Part shown: positions 60,687 to 64,000 of the stretch, in pieces
How the letters are laid out: each line of letters opens with the position of its first letter
Position numbering within the stretch: the stretch's first letter is position 1
Origin: an uncultured Planctomycetaceae bacterium
Lineage (GTDB): Bacteria; Planctomycetota; Planctomycetia; Gemmatales; Gemmataceae
Direction: 5' to 3'
DNA length: 64,000 nucleotides
NCBI GenBank assembly: GCA_963771935.1
Contig: CAVYVK010000011.1
Span: 1,302,127-1,366,126, forward strand
Made by a program: the position numbers and the translations under genes
Notes under the pieces: generated by a model
What the model saw: only the letters and a program-made list of their open reading frames with translations
What the model was told of the DNA's origin: nothing
Databases searched by the model: none

Positions 60687-62852
60687 ATGCTCACACCGAA
60701 GATGCTCAAGGTCCGCGGCTTCCGCGGTTTCATGGGACAGCAAGAGTTCCACTTCGATAAACCGGCCGTCGTCCTGTTCGGCGCGAACCACTGCGGCAAG
60801 AGCAGCACCCTGAACGCAATCGAATGGTGCCTTTTCGGAGACGAGTGCAGCGGCGCGCAGACGAACATCCGCGAGCGGGTAGGGTGGAAAATCCCCAACC
60901 GCCACATGCGTTCGCTCGATGTCCTGGTGGAACTCGTTCTGAACGGCCCGGATGGCGAATACACCCTCAAGCGCTGCCATAAGGCGACAAAGCGGGCGCG
61001 CTCGGCCGCGCTGGAACTCACCCTGCCGGATGGCGAGATCCTACAAGGAGAGGACGCCGACAGCCGCCTTACTCAGCTGCTCCGCTGCTCATTCCGGGAC
61101 TTCATGACCACGGTCTACCAGCATCAGGAAACGATCCGCGACATCCTCACTCAGATGCCGAAGGAGCGCAACGACGCAATCGACCGATTGCTCGGCCTGT
61201 CCGAGTACCGCAATCTGCTGAGCGGGATGAATGCCGCCGCCCCGGCACGCTGGCAGAAAGAAATGACCGGCCGCTTCGAGGCCTTTGAGGGGAAGGTGAA
61301 GGCCATCCTGATTGACCGGGAAAAGGCGGTCCTAGAGAAGCGTGCGGAAGCCACGAAGGGCGGCCTCTCCAAAGAGCAGCTGACCGCCAAGTCGGCTTTG
61401 GCGATCGCTGTTGAAGTGCAAAAAGCGCTCAAGAGCTTCGCCGATGAAGCGGGCATCGAACCGGCCGTCCTCGCCATTCCGGAAGCTTGGGAGGGGCTAC
61501 ACGATTTCGAGGAAACCACCAAGCAGGAAATCAGTCGATTGCGAAGCGCAATACCGCTTGCAGGGGAGCAGCAAAGGTTGTTTGGCCGAAGAGGGGAGGC
61601 GAATAGGCTGATTGAGGACTTTAAGGATCTAAGAAAGAGAGAGCAAGAAATATGCGGCAGCCTGTCCAGCCTCGGCAGGGAACACGCTGGACAGGAAACG
61701 GTTCGTAAGCGCCTGGCTGACACCAAGAAGACTCTGAAAGAGGCCAAAACCAAGCGCCAAGAAGCCGATGCGCGGAGTTCCCTCATCCGTGAAGCCATCG
61801 ACTACTTGGAGAACGTGGGTGCGGTGGAACCGGACGGCAGGTGTCCGGTCTGCGAAGGCGAAGCGCCCGAGCTGCTACAGAAACTCCGTTCCTGGGTCGA
61901 AGAGTCCCTCAGCCAGCGGATCGCCGCCATTCAGAACGAGATCGAATCGCTGCAGAAGCGCGAGAAGCAGTTGCAGTCCGTCGCGGAACACTATGACGAC
62001 GCCAACAAGAAACAAGAGAAAATGCTCGAGGACCAGGTGGACGGCCGTCGCAAGGCTGGAATGCTTTTTGAAAAGAAGTTGACGGACCAGGACGACCCGG
62101 CAGCCCTACTCAATGTCGAGGTGAAGCGGATCGAGGACCGGCTGAACGAGCTGGCCAAGGCCATCCGGCAAAAGCAGGAGCGCCTGGACGATATCGCCAA
62201 ACGCCTCGATGACGTGCATGTGATCGTGGAAATCCTCCAGCCGGAGCGGAAAAAGGAGATCGCCCAGCAGATCCAGCAAACTCCCGAATACCAGGAACTG
62301 GAGGAAGCCCGAGACGCTGCTGCTGCTTTTCTCGGCGACGTGGAGGCAGTCAAGGAGGCCGTAAGCAAGGTCGCCAACGAGGAGGCGCGCGACAAGCTCG
62401 CTGCGGCGGAGAGCGCGATTGAGGCGTTTTTCCGCCAATTGACCAAGCATCCGGCAGTTCAGCGGATCAAGCTGCACCACAAGACGGACGCATCAGGGCG
62501 CAACAGCTACGACATCACGGACCAGAACGACAGCGATCTCTTCCCATTCCTGAGCCAAGGCGATTTGAACGCCCTGGCCCTGGCAATCTTCCTGGGTCTG
62601 GTCTCCTCAAGCGCACAGGCGGACGGGTTTGGGTTCGTAATCCTTGACGATCCCTCGCAGAGCCTCGACCGACCCCACAAGGAGCAGCTGGTCGATGTGC
62701 TGGACCGTGTGGCCCAGTCCAAGCGGGTCGTTCTCGCCACGATGGACAGCGAGTTTCGCGAGCTGCTCCGTACACGGTTAACGCGAGATAAAGCGGAGTA
62801 TATATTTGAGGAATGGACGACTCAGCAGGGCGCACAAGCGAAACGAGGGTGA
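60687..62852 (+). CDS. Rad50/SbcC/SMC-like ABC ATPase with a central CxxC zinc hook
   Basis: Walker A is VVLFGANHCGKSSTLNAIEW. A long E/K/L/Q-rich central region contains DGRCPVCEGEAPEL at about residue 385 of 721. The C-terminal signature-like segment is FLSQGDLNALALAIFLG and the Walker B is FGFVILDDPSQSLD. The ORF is intact. Confidence 0.8.
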   Translation: MLTPKMLKVRGFRGFMGQQEFHFDKPAVVLFGANHCGKSSTLNAIEWCLFGDECSGAQTNIRERVGWKIPNRHMRSLDVLVELVLNGPDGEYTLKRCHKATKRARSAALELTLPDGEILQGEDADSRLTQLLRCSFRDFMTTVYQHQETIRDILTQMPKERNDAIDRLLGLSEYRNLLSGMNAAAPARWQKEMTGRFEAFEGKVKAILIDREKAVLEKRAEATKGGLSKEQLTAKSALAIAVEVQKALKSFADEAGIEPAVLAIPEAWEGLHDFEETTKQEISRLRSAIPLAGEQQRLFGRRGEANRLIEDFKDLRKREQEICGSLSSLGREHAGQETVRKRLADTKKTLKEAKTKRQEADARSSLIREAIDYLENVGAVEPDGRCPVCEGEAPELLQKLRSWVEESLSQRIAAIQNEIESLQKREKQLQSVAEHYDDANKKQEKMLEDQVDGRRKAGMLFEKKLTDQDDPAALLNVEVKRIEDRLNELAKAIRQKQERLDDIAKRLDDVHVIVEILQPERKKEIAQQIQQTPEYQELEEARDAAAAFLGDVEAVKEAVSKVANEEARDKLAAAESAIEAFFRQLTKHPAVQRIKLHHKTDASGRNSYDITDQNDSDLFPFLSQGDLNALALAIFLGLVSSSAQADGFGFVILDDPSQSLDRPHKEQLVDVLDRVAQSKRVVLATMDSEFRELLRTRLTRDKAEYIFEEWTTQQGAQAKRG

Positions 62853-63381
62853 AACGGCTTTGAAGGACCGCGTTTACCTGCACCTGACCGCGTTGCACCG
62901 GCGCCATGGCGCACGCGAATTCGGCAAGCTCTGTCAAAAGCTTCTCGCTATCGCCTACCGCGTGGCCGGATTCGGCCACGTCGTCAAGCGCGGAGTGCAA
63001 GGCGTCGATGTGGATGCGGCCCTCGACGGCCGCGTGAAATATGCCACGGAGGTGAAGACGACTGTAACAAATTACGTCCACTTCTTGCCAAAAGACGTGG
63101 AAGGCCTGTACGCTCGTGGCGCAGATGGCTGCCAGCCTGTACTGGCGGTTCTCCGCCTTGCGCCCTTGTCGGAATGGTATCTGGTGGACGCCCGCCGCCT
63201 GGCCGCGCGCCGCCTACACATCCCTTCTCTGCGACCCTCCCGTCTTCATGATCTGGAAGGCCGCATCTTGCCGTCTTTCGACGAAGCCGTGCAAGAACAC
63301 GCTGATGGCGCATTGGACAGTTCACAGTCTTACCTGGATGGGGTCCTGCAGCGTCTCGGAGTCGAGGTCTGCTTGACCTGA
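62806..63381 (+). CDS. Small PD-(D/E)xK (Mrr/restriction-endonuclease-like) nuclease candidate; start either ATG 62806 (47-nt overlap) or TTG 62860
   Basis: VKRGVQGVDVDAALDGRVKYATEVKTT fits D-x12-E-x-K. The gene lies immediately downstream of the ATPase on the same strand. Confidence 0.5.
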   Translation: MRNGRLSRAHKRNEGETALKDRVYLHLTALHRRHGAREFGKLCQKLLAIAYRVAGFGHVVKRGVQGVDVDAALDGRVKYATEVKTTVTNYVHFLPKDVEGLYARGADGCQPVLAVLRLAPLSEWYLVDARRLAARRLHIPSLRPSRLHDLEGRILPSFDEAVQEHADGALDSSQSYLDGVLQRLGVEVCLT

Positions 63382-63405
63382 AAGCTGCTATAAAGTTACG
63401 AATTC

Positions 63406-63438
63406 CATCGTAGATTATCGCAAGGGTGATCTACGATG
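63406..63438. terminator. Hairpin between convergent genes (possible bidirectional terminator)
   Basis: CATCGTAGAT (63406..63415) pairs with ATCTACGATG (63429..63438), followed by the T-rich TCCGCTTTCCTGTCTTTTT. Confidence 0.5.
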
Positions 63439-63508
63439 TCCGCTTTCCTGTCTTTTTCGGCGGCCACACCTGGCGACTGCCCGACCGCAAGCCGTAATGC
63501 CCGCCCGG

Positions 63509-64000
63509 TCAACTGGACGGGCTGGTTTGGATTTCGTCCCGCGCCATACCGCCGAGCAACCCCATGACAGGTTCCTTGAAGTGTTGGTCCAAATTCGTGG
63601 GATCAATACTCCAGAGGCAGGCGAGCTGCGTCACGCAATCCTCGTTCGGACGGGAAACACCTATGTTCCGGCCTGGCTCGGTCGTAATCGCTCCTCCGTC
63701 AAAGAAGCGAAAGCCGAGGTTGCGCTCCTCCTTCGTCTGGGCGCCTTCGTCCCAGAGAGTAAGACTCTTCTGGCCAAGCCAACCGTAGCCTCGGATCAGC
63801 CGCCCCTTCCGGCGCAGGGCCCAGATATGTAACTCGACTTCTCCGTGCGTGCAGAAGTATTGGGCGTGCACGAACTGCCGACTCAGCCGCTCAAGGAGCG
63901 GTTTGACAAACGTCTCCGCTCGGCTTGGGGGAAATAGGGCGGTGCTCACCGCCAATGTCCAGTCCGCCAGCGGCGGGGTGACGAAGACGGACGCGTGGTG
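63509..64000 (-). CDS. Hypothetical protein, C-terminal part (frame stays open to the window end)
   Basis: The frame of ORF 63509..63955 remains open upstream to 64000 (HHASVFVTPPLADWT-LAVSTALFPPSRAETFVKPLLERLS...). Composition is ordinary and I recognise no domain. Confidence 0.45.
   Translation of the reverse strand, partial: HHASVFVTPPLADWTLAVSTALFPPSRAETFVKPLLERLSRQFVHAQYFCTHGEVELHIWALRRKGRLIRGYGWLGQKSLTLWDEGAQTKEERNLGFRFFDGGAITTEPGRNIGVSRPNEDCVTQLACLWSIDPTNLDQHFKEPVMGLLGGMARDEIQTSPSS

Noticed and set aside
60687-62852. Calling the zinc-hook ATPase canonical SbcC.
   Set aside because: No SbcD/Mre11-type phosphoesterase gene is adjacent. The partner is a small PD-(D/E)xK protein, and the module sits in a lower-GC segment. 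It is kept as Rad50/SbcC-like only.

Overview
This is a high-GC bacterial chromosomal segment (roughly two-thirds G+C by eye; no statistics were computed). All calls rest on reading the supplied ORF translations and the raw sequence, with no database search. The gene content looks planctomycete (inference): a DUF1570-type peptidase, a LamG/beta-propeller dehydrogenase/cytochrome c/ThuA fusion, a TadE/TadE/TadG-vWA set, zinc-ribbon membrane proteins, a Ser/Thr kinase and DinB-family proteins.

Layout:
- 1-6 kb is an accessory hotspot. It holds three toxin-antitoxin loci: one intact vapBC, one orphan antitoxin, and one antitoxin split by an IS903-like IS with its PIN toxin truncated. It also holds a lower-GC restriction-modification island with an HsdM-like methylase, a half-size HsdS and a candidate PD-(D/E)xK endonuclease.
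- 6-13 kb holds a Tad-like TadE/TadE/TadG-vWA cluster bracketed by two inverted paralogous ABC-2 permease genes.
- 13-29 kb is mostly housekeeping or envelope genes: smpB, glycosyltransferases, a double Kdo/LPS-kinase-like protein, a homogentisate-dioxygenase-like gene, two large secreted helical-repeat proteins and tRNA-Ala(CGC).
- 29.7-39.3 kb is an expanded Pnkp/Hen1 RNA-repair locus. hen1 and pnkp are separated by an inserted AbiEii-like nucleotidyltransferase, a displaced hen1 3' relic, a HEAT-repeat gene and two Pol-beta-type nucleotidyltransferases. A large C2H2-like zinc-finger protein follows pnkp.
- 39-60 kb is housekeeping or membrane genes, including pepE, hemB, pxpB, an FGGY kinase, an STK and an SGNH hydrolase.
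- 60.2-63.4 kb is a lower-GC three-gene module: a small coiled-coil protein, a Rad50/SbcC-like ATPase with a CPVC zinc hook, and a small PD-(D/E)xK nuclease. This is the best candidate for a novel or divergent defence system.

Two window-wide features stand out:
- About 40 apparent frameshifts split otherwise recognisable genes. They are concentrated in the most GC-rich genes and absent from the lower-GC islands. The cause is either assembly indels or pseudogenisation.
- There is a rich population of long (24-34 bp stem) perfect palindromes. At least two are multi-copy families with compensatory arm changes. Some invade coding sequence or sit in divergent promoter regions.
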